A stretch of 64,000 nt of DNA from Candidatus Altiarchaeota archaeon (GCA_043813075.1 JBDRLL010000041.1:15409-79408), one strand, 5' to 3'. Counted from the stretch's first letter, positions 24,640-33,585 are shown. Numbers and translations: made by a program. Notes: generated by a model from the letters alone, not told the origin.

Positions 24640-25722
24640 TCAACTGTTAAGCGACTTCACGCGTGCTTCGAAGTCACTGCGTAGCTTATCCCCTATAAAG
24701 TCGCCTTTAAACGCGTCGGACCTGGAAGCCAAAGCCAGCTTAGCCGCGAAAGTACGGGCGATCTTGCCCCTCTGGTTCTGTGGGGCGCCCCTGATCTCTG
24801 GAAGCTGGAATATGACGCCATGCTTCGGCGGCTTCTTCCCTGTCTTAAGGAACCTGAAGAAAGCGTCTTCAGCGCCGAGTATCTGAATCGTTCCGGCAGG
24901 CATTATGGAAAGCCTCTTCATCCCGCCTGCGATAGTGATCACCCTAGCCCCCAGGAGCGGTCCTGCTAGCGCGCTAATGTTCGGCGCCACCTTAGACATC
25001 CTGCGGACTATGAAACCCTCTATCTCAGCCTTTGTCTTATACATCGAGAGTATCCTCGATGAAAGCTCTTTCACAGGCTCATAATCCTCCTCACCCCACC
25101 CTACGCCTATAGAGTCGGTAGAACATTCCACTATCCTCTGATGCTGGGAACCGTCCAATCCAGTCTCCGACTTGCTGAACGACTCCCTCAACCCGACTTC
25201 GTTCACGAGCCTAACATAGACTTCATGCTCTTCCACTATGTTCCCCAGCTCCGGGAAATGCAGTGAATACCATTCCCTAAGCCTAGTGGCCATGCGGTTC
25301 AGCACTTCTTCCAGGTCGTCTATGCAGCCGACGGCCTGCATTATGTCCTGCTCTTCCTCCACATCCCTCATGGCCTCGCGGGTTAGTATTAGGTTCACGT
25401 CAGAGACAAGCGAGTCCACCTCCTTCCTGGAGACTCCTATGTCCTCCGCAATCGAGTATATGTCGACTACCGCATCGTCTTCGATGAACTTCAACCCCAG
25501 CTGCCTGCCGTGGAATCTGGAGGGGTTCTTGACAGTAACCGAGTCTCCGCCAGTTGACTTGTATTCCCGGAGAACATCCTCTTCCTCACTGCAGACTGAG
25601 TCCACAGTCTTCTCCAGTATCGAGGATACTGCAGCAGCGTCCCGGGGGAATATGCGTTTGGACAGTATCCTACCGTCTTTAAGCAGGAAGCATCCTAGCA
25701 CATTAGTCTCTAACCGCACCAT
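24640..25722 (-). CDS. nop5: C/D box sRNP core protein Nop5 (Nop56/58)
   Basis: 360 aa with the NOSIC/Nop domain: LREWYSLHFPEL..., ILGAEDAFFRFLKTGKKPPKHGVIFQ, RGKIARTFAAKLALASRSD. Confidence 0.9.
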   Translation of the reverse strand: MVRLETNVLGCFLLKDGRILSKRIFPRDAAAVSSILEKTVDSVCSEEEDVLREYKSTGGDSVTVKNPSRFHGRQLGLKFIEDDAVVDIYSIAEDIGVSRKEVDSLVSDVNLILTREAMRDVEEEQDIMQAVGCIDDLEEVLNRMATRLREWYSLHFPELGNIVEEHEVYVRLVNEVGLRESFSKSETGLDGSQHQRIVECSTDSIGVGWGEEDYEPVKELSSRILSMYKTKAEIEGFIVRRMSKVAPNISALAGPLLGARVITIAGGMKRLSIMPAGTIQILGAEDAFFRFLKTGKKPPKHGVIFQLPEIRGAPQNQRGKIARTFAAKLALASRSDAFKGDFIGDKLRSDFEARVKSLNS

Positions 25723-25776
25723 TGTAGGAGAAAAAATATGGAATAGGGGGTTAATAAAACCCCCTCGAGGGTATAT

Positions 25777-26709
25777 TCAGCCTCCGAGGCTGGATCCCTT
25801 GCCCTTATCGAAGCTTCCCTTGCGCTTTGAACGGAACAGGTGGGCGGCTATTATCACTATTATGAACAATATAGCCAGCACAACCAGCACGACAATCAGG
25901 GGCAGCAGCATGCCGGACAGCAGCGAGCTCTTCTTGGCGAATATGCCGGACGCCGCCTCGTATCCGTTGTCGCTGACTTCGAGGGTGTAGTTGCCTTCCA
26001 GCTCTGCGCCAGCCGACACTCTCCCGCTTGAACCGGTCTTCAGCGTCATCTTGTTGCCTGACGGAGACGTCACTATCACGTCGACCCCGGATACAGGCTT
26101 GCCCCTGCTGGTAAGGTTGATCACTATCTTGTCGTCCTCAAAGAAGGCGCCTATCATCACGGGCCGCGGCTTGACGTTGAATTCCGCGGATGCTGTGGAA
26201 TAGCTCTGTTTTGATGCCTGCACGGTGTGTTTTCCTGATGCCTTCGGGGTGAAGGTGTATTTTGACGTGGCTTCCGTTGTTATGGTCCCGTCTGGGGCGG
26301 TCACCCTTATCTCGGAGTCTACTGCAAGCCCTGTTGAGTCGGTGGTGGTGATGGTTATGCTGCCGTCCAACTCGACTTCAGGCACGCTGAGGGCTATCTT
26401 AAGTTCGTCGCCTATTAGCAGGCTGGATTTTGACGTTGAATACCCGCTCTTGCTGACCACTATCGTGTGCTTGCCCACCTCAGACACCAGGAACTTGTAT
26501 AGTCCGTTGGCGTCTGTGGAACCGATTATCGGCTTGCCTTCGACAGACACGCTCGCACCCTCCACAGGGTTCCCGCCTGAGTCCAGCACCTTCACTACCA
26601 CTTCACTCCCCTTCTGCAGGGAGTCTGCGGCAGGTAACTTCACGTCGAAATTGTTCTCAACCTTGAAGGTGTCGGTAGCCTCCTCGAAACCGGTCTTCGA
26701 AGCCTTCAC
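25777..26709 (-). CDS. C-terminal part of a frameshift-split anchored surface protein (CarboxypepD_reg/Ig-like repeats, C-terminal TM anchor)
   Basis: 310-aa ORF with a GTG start and no signal peptide of its own. Its frame stays open upstream to ~26785 and completes a domain begun in ORF 26772..27995. The C-terminus is a TM helix plus FRSKRKGSFDKGKGSSLGG. Confidence 0.65.
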   Translation of the reverse strand: MKASKTGFEEATDTFKVENNFDVKLPAADSLQKGSEVVVKVLDSGGNPVEGASVSVEGKPIIGSTDANGLYKFLVSEVGKHTIVVSKSGYSTSKSSLLIGDELKIALSVPEVELDGSITITTTDSTGLAVDSEIRVTAPDGTITTEATSKYTFTPKASGKHTVQASKQSYSTASAEFNVKPRPVMIGAFFEDDKIVINLTSRGKPVSGVDVIVTSPSGNKMTLKTGSSGRVSAGAELEGNYTLEVSDNGYEAASGIFAKKSSLLSGMLLPLIVVLVVLAILFIIVIIAAHLFRSKRKGSFDKGKGSSLGG

Positions 26710-26771
26710 AGTGTAGTCTCCGGAGGATGACGGGGTGTAGGAGAGTTTTCCTTCGGTGTTGGTCTTCTCAG

Positions 26772-27995
26772 TTAGCGTCTGCGGGAGTCGCCTGCACGCA
26801 CGATGGTTATCGTCGCGTCGGAAACGGGGTCTCCGTCAGCGTTCTTAACGAGTATCTCCACGGCTTTCCCCGAGTTCACGGACTCTGGAGTGGCTGATAC
26901 TGACATCACCGGCCTTTCATCCAGTGTGACCGTCCTCATGACCAGGTCGTATGTCCCGTCGTCGCCTGCGGAAAGCGTGTACGTCCCCTTCGTGTTGAAT
27001 GTGAATGATACTGAGCCGTCAATGCCTGTGCGTCCGGTGGTGTATGTTCCAGGACCGCTCACTGTCACGGTCACGCCGATGGCTGGGGCGCCGTCCGGGC
27101 GCGTCACGTTGACCTTGAATGCCTGCCCGACCTTCGGGGATTCTGGCATGGGAGCGCTCATCCTAAGGCTGTTGGAGACGTTGAATATTATGGTGTGGAG
27201 GCAGTATTCCGGGTCCTCATCCCACACGTCCAGCCGGTATGCGCCGTAGGCTTTGCTGCTGAACTCGTCTTCTATCGTGACTTCACGGGTGCCGTCGCTC
27301 TTAGTGTACTTGCTCCACGCGTCATCATCCTGGTCCCATGCGTTCTTGTCGCCCTTGTCTGAAAGCCAGGTTATGCGCATGTCAGCCCGGTCATCGTATT
27401 CGTCGCCGTCTTCGTTAGTGACTTCTATCGTAATCTGGTCCTCGAGCGTGGGATTCTCCATGCTCAGCGAGACGGAACCGAATTCCGCCGCGTCACCACC
27501 CATCTCGTAGTTGTCGTCTGCCTCGTAGTCGTCCATCAGGTCGCCGTCAGACACTCTAACGGTCACGTCGTGGTCGCCGCAGTCGTAGGCCATGAGGAGG
27601 GCGTTCCAGAGGTTGCGGTCGTCCTCGTCCTCGTCCTTGAATTTGTCGGAGTCTATGGTGTACTCGTAGTCTTCTCCTTCAGTGAACTCCAGCTCGAAGT
27701 CCTCCTCAAAGTGGACTCTGGTGCCGTCTATCTCGATGGTGAACTCCATCCGGGATTTTGACTTGTTTCCAGGCCCTATGTCCTCATCATCGAAGTCGAC
27801 GTCCTTGAAAGTGATCTTCAGGACCAGGTCCTGGGCTAGATCCATGTTATCGTCGTCAATCTTCAGCTTAATCTCGTCGAATTGAACTTCATCGTATGCG
27901 GAAGCGGTTTGTGCCACAGCCAGAAAAAGAGCGAGAACAATAAAAAATACGGGTAAAATCCGGGTTATACGACCATACTCCATCATTGAAAACAA
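26772..27995 (-). CDS. N-terminal part of the same surface protein (signal peptide, very acidic D/E-rich region, CarboxypepD_reg-like repeats)
   Basis: 407 aa with a signal peptide ending in TASA|YDE. It has long acidic stretches, then PDGAPAIGVTVTVSGPG...TGIDGSVSF and VEILVKNADGDPVSDATITIV. The ORF terminates abruptly (RAGDSRRR*) in the middle of a domain. Confidence 0.7.
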   Translation of the reverse strand: MFSMMEYGRITRILPVFFIVLALFLAVAQTASAYDEVQFDEIKLKIDDDNMDLAQDLVLKITFKDVDFDDEDIGPGNKSKSRMEFTIEIDGTRVHFEEDFELEFTEGEDYEYTIDSDKFKDEDEDDRNLWNALLMAYDCGDHDVTVRVSDGDLMDDYEADDNYEMGGDAAEFGSVSLSMENPTLEDQITIEVTNEDGDEYDDRADMRITWLSDKGDKNAWDQDDDAWSKYTKSDGTREVTIEDEFSSKAYGAYRLDVWDEDPEYCLHTIIFNVSNSLRMSAPMPESPKVGQAFKVNVTRPDGAPAIGVTVTVSGPGTYTTGRTGIDGSVSFTFNTKGTYTLSAGDDGTYDLVMRTVTLDERPVMSVSATPESVNSGKAVEILVKNADGDPVSDATITIVRAGDSRRR

Positions 27996-28100
27996 CCTCC
28001 TTATAATTGTGTTTTTATTAATTTACCCCGACTGGTATCAAGGCTATTTTATATATTAAAAAAGAGCATATAAAAATGCTTTATAATACAAGAGAGTTGG

Positions 28101-30167
28101 TTATACCCCGCCTAGCCTGGATCCCCCCGACTCGTCGAACATTCGCGAAGACCCGGTCTTCCTGTGCTTGCCATGCTTCTTCCGGGGTTTTTTACCATCC
28201 ACTGCCGGCGGCCCTCCCTTGTAGTGTTTCCACAACTGGATTCCCGCTATCAGGACTACTGAGACCGTTATTATCACGAAGACTGGGACTACCAGGAGCA
28301 GTATGCGGTAGGACCTGGCTACGTCCTCCTTCCGCGTGATGCTCTCGTAATTCCTGTTTCCGCCGGTGTTCGCGGTCACCGTGACAATCCCCTCGCCCTC
28401 TATATCGAAGGATGCCACGCCCTGATTGTTTGTGACTGAATTCTGGGTCCGGGTCTTGGAGACGACCGTGACGTTTATGCCTGTCACCGGCTTGTCCCTG
28501 CTGGAGACCTTGACCAGAAGCCTCTCGTTCTCAGAGACGCTTGACGAGATGCTTAAAGGATGCGGGCTTACCTTGAGGAGGGTGTTGTTTGATATGTAAT
28601 TGGGTTTTGAGACCTCGATCTTGTATTCGCCAGGCTTCTCAGCCTTGAACTTCTTTTCCTGTGTAGTTGAGATTGTGGATATGTCGTCCGGGTCTATTAT
28701 CTTTATGTCTGCGGCGACTTGGCCGTCGGGGCATGCGGTAACGGATGCGGTCACGTCATCCCCGACTTCAACCTCGTATTTGTCCAGCTGTATGTTCAGG
28801 AAGCCGCAGGGCTTGACTGTAACGCTCGTGTTCCAGTAGCCTTCCTTGGCGACTTCGAGAACATACTCTCGTGAATCGTTCAGCAGGAATTCCACCTTAC
28901 CCTCAGGGTCCGTCATCTTCCTGAGGGATGTTCCGAGAACCCTGACGACCGCGTCGCTGACCAGCTTGTTGTTCTGGTCTAGGACTATTATCTTTGTGAC
29001 CGCCACCACTGTCGGGGTCTCAGGCTCCACGTTCACCTTGAAGCTGTTTAGGATGGTGAAGCCTCCATGGGAGGTGGCGTACTTTTCTTTCTGGACTTCA
29101 ACCTCATAGTCGCCGATCATCATGCCCTCCCCGTAGGTGACCCTGCCGTCGCTCATTGAAGTGAACTCCTTGGAAACGCCGTCCGGCGAGGTTATTATGA
29201 CCCGTGCATCGGAGAGAGGGCTTCCCCCCGCGTTGAGCGATATCGTGACGGGAAGTCCTAGAGCCGGGGTTTCGGGGGATATTGCTATTGCTATGTCAGC
29301 CTTGTCGCGCACAATAAGGGTCTTGTTCACCCCCCAGTATCTCGTGCTTATGTCGCCGAGCGTGAGTATGTATTCGCCAGGCTCGCTTATCGTGAAGTTG
29401 GCGTAGCCGGCTATCGTGTTGCCGCGCACCACAGCATAAACCTTCCCGCCAGAGTCGAATATCTTCGTGCCTATGTCGGAGTTGGCTGGGAAGGCTATGA
29501 CCACCATCTCGCCAACCACCGGGCTTTCAGGACGGGGGCCGTCGACTATCATCTCTTTCTTAGCGTAGAATTCCAGGTCCCCACAGTATTCGGAGTCGTC
29601 TATGTGGAGTGTGTGCTTCCCTGTGTTGTCTGGCTTGAACTTGAGGACTCCGTTGAATGCGCGAGTGCTTATCGTGTCCATCTGCGGGTGCCTGACTTCC
29701 ACGTCCACCGTCGGTATCTGGCTGTTGGACTTCTTGTCTATCAGCGTTATCCTCACGTCCTTGTTCACTAGCGGAGCGGCAGGCTCGAACAGTATTTTAG
29801 GCACGTTGCCTATGTCGACGCCCATTGATTCGTTGTCTATCAGCTCTCCGCTGGACGTGAACAGCTCCACCCTCGCTTTGTGGGGGCCGCATTTTAGCGT
29901 ATACCTGTCCCAGTTGTCCAGAACCCATTCCCCCTCAATCTTGTCTTCGTCTATCTTCCCCACCTTCGGGCCGTAGTTTATTTCGTCTATGTAGAATTTG
30001 GCGTTTACGCCCACTGCTTCCCCTGATATTTCAGCGGTTAGTGTGAATTTCTTCCCGTATTCTATGGGGTCCTTGTCGATAGTCAGCTCCTTTAGTCTGA
30101 CCGCGGATGCTACTGAAGCAAGCATCGAAAGTACTGCAATGGCTAGAATAAGTCTCTTAAGATACAT
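28101..30167 (-). CDS. Anchored surface (S-layer-candidate) protein with multiple CarboxypepD_reg/Ig-like domains and a C-terminal TM anchor
   Basis: 688 aa with a signal peptide (ASVASA). It carries repeated modules such as VRVLGTSLRKMTDPEGKVEFLL...YVLEVAKEGY. The C-terminal TM helix is followed by a basic tail ending GGSRLGGV. Confidence 0.75.
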   Translation of the reverse strand: MYLKRLILAIAVLSMLASVASAVRLKELTIDKDPIEYGKKFTLTAEISGEAVGVNAKFYIDEINYGPKVGKIDEDKIEGEWVLDNWDRYTLKCGPHKARVELFTSSGELIDNESMGVDIGNVPKILFEPAAPLVNKDVRITLIDKKSNSQIPTVDVEVRHPQMDTISTRAFNGVLKFKPDNTGKHTLHIDDSEYCGDLEFYAKKEMIVDGPRPESPVVGEMVVIAFPANSDIGTKIFDSGGKVYAVVRGNTIAGYANFTISEPGEYILTLGDISTRYWGVNKTLIVRDKADIAIAISPETPALGLPVTISLNAGGSPLSDARVIITSPDGVSKEFTSMSDGRVTYGEGMMIGDYEVEVQKEKYATSHGGFTILNSFKVNVEPETPTVVAVTKIIVLDQNNKLVSDAVVRVLGTSLRKMTDPEGKVEFLLNDSREYVLEVAKEGYWNTSVTVKPCGFLNIQLDKYEVEVGDDVTASVTACPDGQVAADIKIIDPDDISTISTTQEKKFKAEKPGEYKIEVSKPNYISNNTLLKVSPHPLSISSSVSENERLLVKVSSRDKPVTGINVTVVSKTRTQNSVTNNQGVASFDIEGEGIVTVTANTGGNRNYESITRKEDVARSYRILLLVVPVFVIITVSVVLIAGIQLWKHYKGGPPAVDGKKPRKKHGKHRKTGSSRMFDESGGSRLGGV

Positions 30168-30270
30168 TTTTCGTAAGATTATTGTATAATGTGCTTAAAT
30201 ACTGTTCCCACCCCGTGACTTACTTTCCAACATTAAGGTATATAAATAATATCTTATATAATAAAAATAC

Positions 30271-30729
30271 TTAGTCTAAGAATAATACCATTTGTATTGC
30301 GTCTTCTTTTTTGAGCGTATACTGCTTCAACAAAGCCTCGACAGAAAACCCGGAATCCATAAAGAAAAAAAACGCGTCCCTATTGGAAGACTTGACTGTC
30401 GCGACAACACGACCAACACCATGAGCCTTCAGGAAAGAGAGGACAAACCCCATCATTGAAGCGCCCACGCCACGCCCCCGATAACCATCGCCAACAGAAA
30501 TCGGGCCAACCTCCGCACGACCGACAGTCTCGAAGAACAACACGCCGACATACCCGACAACCCTGCCGGAGTCCTCAGCCACAGCCAGACGAAAGTCGCT
30601 GCGCTCCGACACAGACAACACGAAGTCACGGTCCACCGGAAAGTCCTCGAACCATTGGGCGCTCTGAGAGTGGAGGCTGACAACATCATCAGCATCACCG
30701 GGCCTAAACCAACGCACCAACAGATCCAT
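30271..30729 (-). CDS. GNAT family N-acetyltransferase
   Basis: 152 aa with motif A, VGDGYRGRGVGASMMGFVL. Confidence 0.8.
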   Translation of the reverse strand: MDLLVRWFRPGDADDVVSLHSQSAQWFEDFPVDRDFVLSVSERSDFRLAVAEDSGRVVGYVGVLFFETVGRAEVGPISVGDGYRGRGVGASMMGFVLSFLKAHGVGRVVATVKSSNRDAFFFFMDSGFSVEALLKQYTLKKEDAIQMVLFLD

Positions 30730-30781
30730 CCGTTATTATTAATCAAGCACCAACTAATTTAATCAAACAAGGCCAGGGATT

Positions 30782-31996
30782 ATGAAGTACATAATAATAG
30801 TCGGCGACGGCATGGCAGACAGGCCCATAAGGGAGCTCGGCGGGAAGACGCCGCTAGAGGCGGCCAAAACCCCTAAAATGGATGAGATAGCCCGTAAAGG
30901 CCGTTGCGGCATGGTCAAGCACTTTTACAAGGGCATGCCCCTTGACTCAGGGGTCGCTAACCTTAGCATACTGGGATACGACCCGAGGAAGTACTACTCG
31001 GGAAGGGGGCCTCTCGAAGCAGTCAACATCGGAGTCAAACTCAATCCGGGAGACATCGCAATGAGGTTCAACTTCATCACCGTCGAGGATGGGAGGATAA
31101 CAGACCCTTTCTCAGGCCACATCACCAACGATGAGACCAAGGTGCTCGTCGAAGAGTTGCGGAAGAATTTCGGGAGAGAAGGCGTTGAATTCTACCAGGG
31201 AGTCAGCTACAGGAACCTTCTCGTACTTAGGTCTGGTGCGGGATACAGCATGGAGTTCGAGTCAACCCCCCCGCACGACATAACCGGAGAGGATGCGGGA
31301 GAACACATGGTGAAGGCGAAGTCGGAGGCAGGCAGGAAGACCGCGGACTTCCTCAACAACATGATTGATGAATCCGCCAGGATACTGGGAGAGCACCCGG
31401 TTAACAGGAGGAGGATTGAGGAGGGGAAGAACCCGGGCAACATGATATGGGTGCAGGGCGCTGGAGTGAAGACTGAGATGCCGCAGTTCAATGAGAAGTA
31501 CAAGCTCACAGGAGCGCTCATATCGGCCGTAGACCTACTGAAGGGGATGGCGAGGGAGATAGGCCTTGAAGTCATCAACGTACCCGGCGCCACAGGATAC
31601 TTGGACACCAACTATGAGGGAAAGGCTGACGCCGCATTGAAGGTGCTTGAGGAGAAGGATTTCGTGTTCACCCACATAGAGAGCACTGACGAGTCCGGGC
31701 ACGAGGGGATAGTTGAGCATAAGATACGGGCTCTCGAGGACTTGGACAGTAGGGTTGTCGGGAGGATTATGAGGGGGCTTAGGGGGGATTACAGGATAGC
31801 CATCACAGCAGACCATCCTACGCCAATAGAATTGAGGACCCATTCAGACGACCCTGTGCCTTTCGCGATATACGACAGCAGCATCGAAGACTCGGACGAC
31901 GTGGAACGGTACACTGAGAGGGAGGTCATGGAGAAGGGCTCCCTTGGTAGCATCATAGGATACGAGTTCATGAACCTGCTGGTCAGACGCTCTTGA
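30782..31996 (+). CDS. apgM: Cofactor-independent phosphoglycerate mutase, archaeal type
   Basis: 404 aa. MKYIIIVGDGMADRP... and HIESTDESGHEG, ITADHPTP are the metalloenzyme-superfamily signatures of ApgM. Confidence 0.9.
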   Translation: MKYIIIVGDGMADRPIRELGGKTPLEAAKTPKMDEIARKGRCGMVKHFYKGMPLDSGVANLSILGYDPRKYYSGRGPLEAVNIGVKLNPGDIAMRFNFITVEDGRITDPFSGHITNDETKVLVEELRKNFGREGVEFYQGVSYRNLLVLRSGAGYSMEFESTPPHDITGEDAGEHMVKAKSEAGRKTADFLNNMIDESARILGEHPVNRRRIEEGKNPGNMIWVQGAGVKTEMPQFNEKYKLTGALISAVDLLKGMAREIGLEVINVPGATGYLDTNYEGKADAALKVLEEKDFVFTHIESTDESGHEGIVEHKIRALEDLDSRVVGRIMRGLRGDYRIAITADHPTPIELRTHSDDPVPFAIYDSSIEDSDDVERYTEREVMEKGSLGSIIGYEFMNLLVRRS

Positions 31997-33086
31997 GATC
32001 CCAGTTCTCAGACATTGGAGTGAACTGGCTTGACTGGGGGCTCTCCGAGCCAGAGCCGAGTATGTTCGGGCTCTTTATGCCAGTGACTATCGTTATGACC
32101 TGTATCTTCTCCCTCAACGTCGGGTCGATGCGCGCACCCCATGTTACGGAAGCCTTAGGGTCAAGCTCCTTTGTTATCAACTCGCCGATCTCATTGGCCT
32201 CGCCGAGGCTCATGTCGTCGCCGCCTATGATGTGTATGAGCGCGCCGCTGGCGTGACTGTAGTTCACTTCAAGCAGGGGGTGGTTGAGGGTGTTCCTGAC
32301 CGCCTCCTCTATCCTGCCGGGGCCCTCGCCTTCGCCGACGCTGATGACCGCAACCTTCCCTCCGGAAAGCACCGCCTTGATGTCAGCGAAATCCAGGTTG
32401 ATGAGGCTTGGCTCCATGATGGTCTCTGTTATGCCCTTAAGCGCGCGGGCTGTCACCTCGTCTGCGACGCTGAACGCCTTGTCCAACGGCAGGTTAGGCA
32501 CATACTCCACAAGCTTGTTGTTGTCTATGACTATGACTGTGTCGGCAGACTTCCTCATGTTCTCTATGCCCTCCCTGGCCTTGTCCAGGCGGGCGCGCTC
32601 CATCTTGAATGGGAACGTTACTATCGCAACGACTATGATGCCGAGATCACGGGCTATCTCAGCTATTACTGGAGAGGCTCCTGTGCCTGTGCCGCCTCCC
32701 ATGCCGGCTGTGATGAACATCATGTGGGTGCCTGACAGGACTTCAGCTATCTCTCGCCTGCTTGACTCCGCCGCCTTGGCGCCCAGCTCAGGGAACCCTC
32801 CGGTGCCGAGGCCTCGCATAAGCTTGGCGCCTATGAGGACTTTCGTCACATTGCCCTGCAGCTTATGCAGGTCCTGCTTGTCGGTGTTTATCGCGATCAG
32901 CTCCGCGCCCTCTATGCCAATCCTCTGGAGGCGGTTGATCGTGTTGTTTCCCGCGCCACCGATCCCGCAGACAACTATGCGCAGGTGGCCCGCATCATCG
33001 AACTCATCGTAGAACCTTTTTTCCAGCGTACCGTGTTGTATAGCAGCGTCTACTATGGAGTCCACTTTATCTTGTAAGTTATTCAT
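31983..33086 (-). CDS. ftsZ: Cell division GTPase FtsZ
   Basis: GIGGAGNNTINRL and GGGTGTGASPVIAEIAR tubulin-signature motifs; 367 aa. Confidence 0.95.
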   Translation of the reverse strand: MNNLQDKVDSIVDAAIQHGTLEKRFYDEFDDAGHLRIVVCGIGGAGNNTINRLQRIGIEGAELIAINTDKQDLHKLQGNVTKVLIGAKLMRGLGTGGFPELGAKAAESSRREIAEVLSGTHMMFITAGMGGGTGTGASPVIAEIARDLGIIVVAIVTFPFKMERARLDKAREGIENMRKSADTVIVIDNNKLVEYVPNLPLDKAFSVADEVTARALKGITETIMEPSLINLDFADIKAVLSGGKVAVISVGEGEGPGRIEEAVRNTLNHPLLEVNYSHASGALIHIIGGDDMSLGEANEIGELITKELDPKASVTWGARIDPTLREKIQVITIVTGIKSPNILGSGSESPQSSQFTPMSENWDLKSV

Positions 33087-33119
33087 AGGGGAAGGTATTT
33101 AAACACGTAAGCCACTTAT

Positions 33120-33410
33120 TCATATGGTGAACTAGGCTGGGGGGATAGGCGTCCCCTGTAACCTCAAACCGTCTTCATGGAGGGGCTGAAGCCTGGGAGG
33201 CGAGACATGAGCCCGGCTTTTGGTCTGGGCTCCAACAATGAATTCTCGTCTCACAGGACTGTGTGCTGTAGAAACCTGGTCAGGCCCGGGAGGGAGCAGC
33301 CATACCTATGGCGTTACGGTGCTTGTGAGGGTTCCGGGAACGAGGAAGAGTCCAGGTTAAACCAAGAGCCATGCTTATGACTCCACTCCCGGCGCGTTCA
33401 CCACAAGAGA
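33120..33410 (+). ncRNA. Signal recognition particle RNA (archaeal 7S type)
   Basis: The helix-8 signature is GGUCAGGCCC-GGGA-GGGAGCAGCC (nt ~33278-33301), with a GNRA tetraloop and the conserved AGCAGC. The Alu-domain-like 5' part is GGGGGAUAGGCGUCCCCUGUAACC. The 5' GGTGAAC (33126-33132) pairs with the 3' GTTCACC (33396-33402). The exact ends are approximate. Confidence 0.8.
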
Positions 33411-33418
33411 GAATGGAT

Positions 33419-33585
33419 TTATCCTAGAACTATCTTGGATAGGAGCTCCAGAAACACGACTGCCACTGCGATACCGATTATTACTTTCGGGCTTACCTTA
33501 GGACCGCCCTCGTCAACGTCAAAGTAACGTATAAGACCCGCGCCCCCCATGGGACCCTCGCTCCTGTGCTTCTTCAATGACGGCA
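33419..33585 (-). pseudogene. Preprotein translocase subunit Sec61-beta, reading frame broken as sequenced (one base short in a G6 run)
   Basis: Own translation. ATG 33585 gives MPSLKKHRSEGPMGG in one frame. After the run CCCCCC (33542-33547) the -1 frame gives GLIRYFDVDEGGPKVSPKVIIGIAVAVVFLELLSKIVLG*, the hallmark Sec61-beta motif plus a TM tail. No start codon exists in the second frame. Confidence 0.6.

Noticed and set aside
24171-25722. nop5 is not followed by a fibrillarin gene, although nop5-flpA is the common archaeal arrangement
   Set aside because: Absence from this window says nothing about the genome, and fibrillarin may simply be encoded elsewhere. It is not a feature of the sequence itself.
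32284-33012. Long antisense ORFs opposite well-supported genes. Examples: 242 aa opposite ftsZ, 237 aa at 45670..46383 opposite atpC/atpE, 250 aa at 25238..25990 opposite nop5, and 193 aa at 50888..51469 opposite secF.
   Set aside because: These are typical shadow ORFs of a mid/high-GC coding strand. Their products are Ser/Pro/Arg-rich or hydrophobic with no motifs. Each is fully covered by a gene with strong family signatures on the other strand.
33177-33380. 67-aa + ORF in the ftsZ-downstream gap
   Set aside because: It lies entirely within the SRP RNA, including the helix-8 signature. The peptide has no protein-like features.
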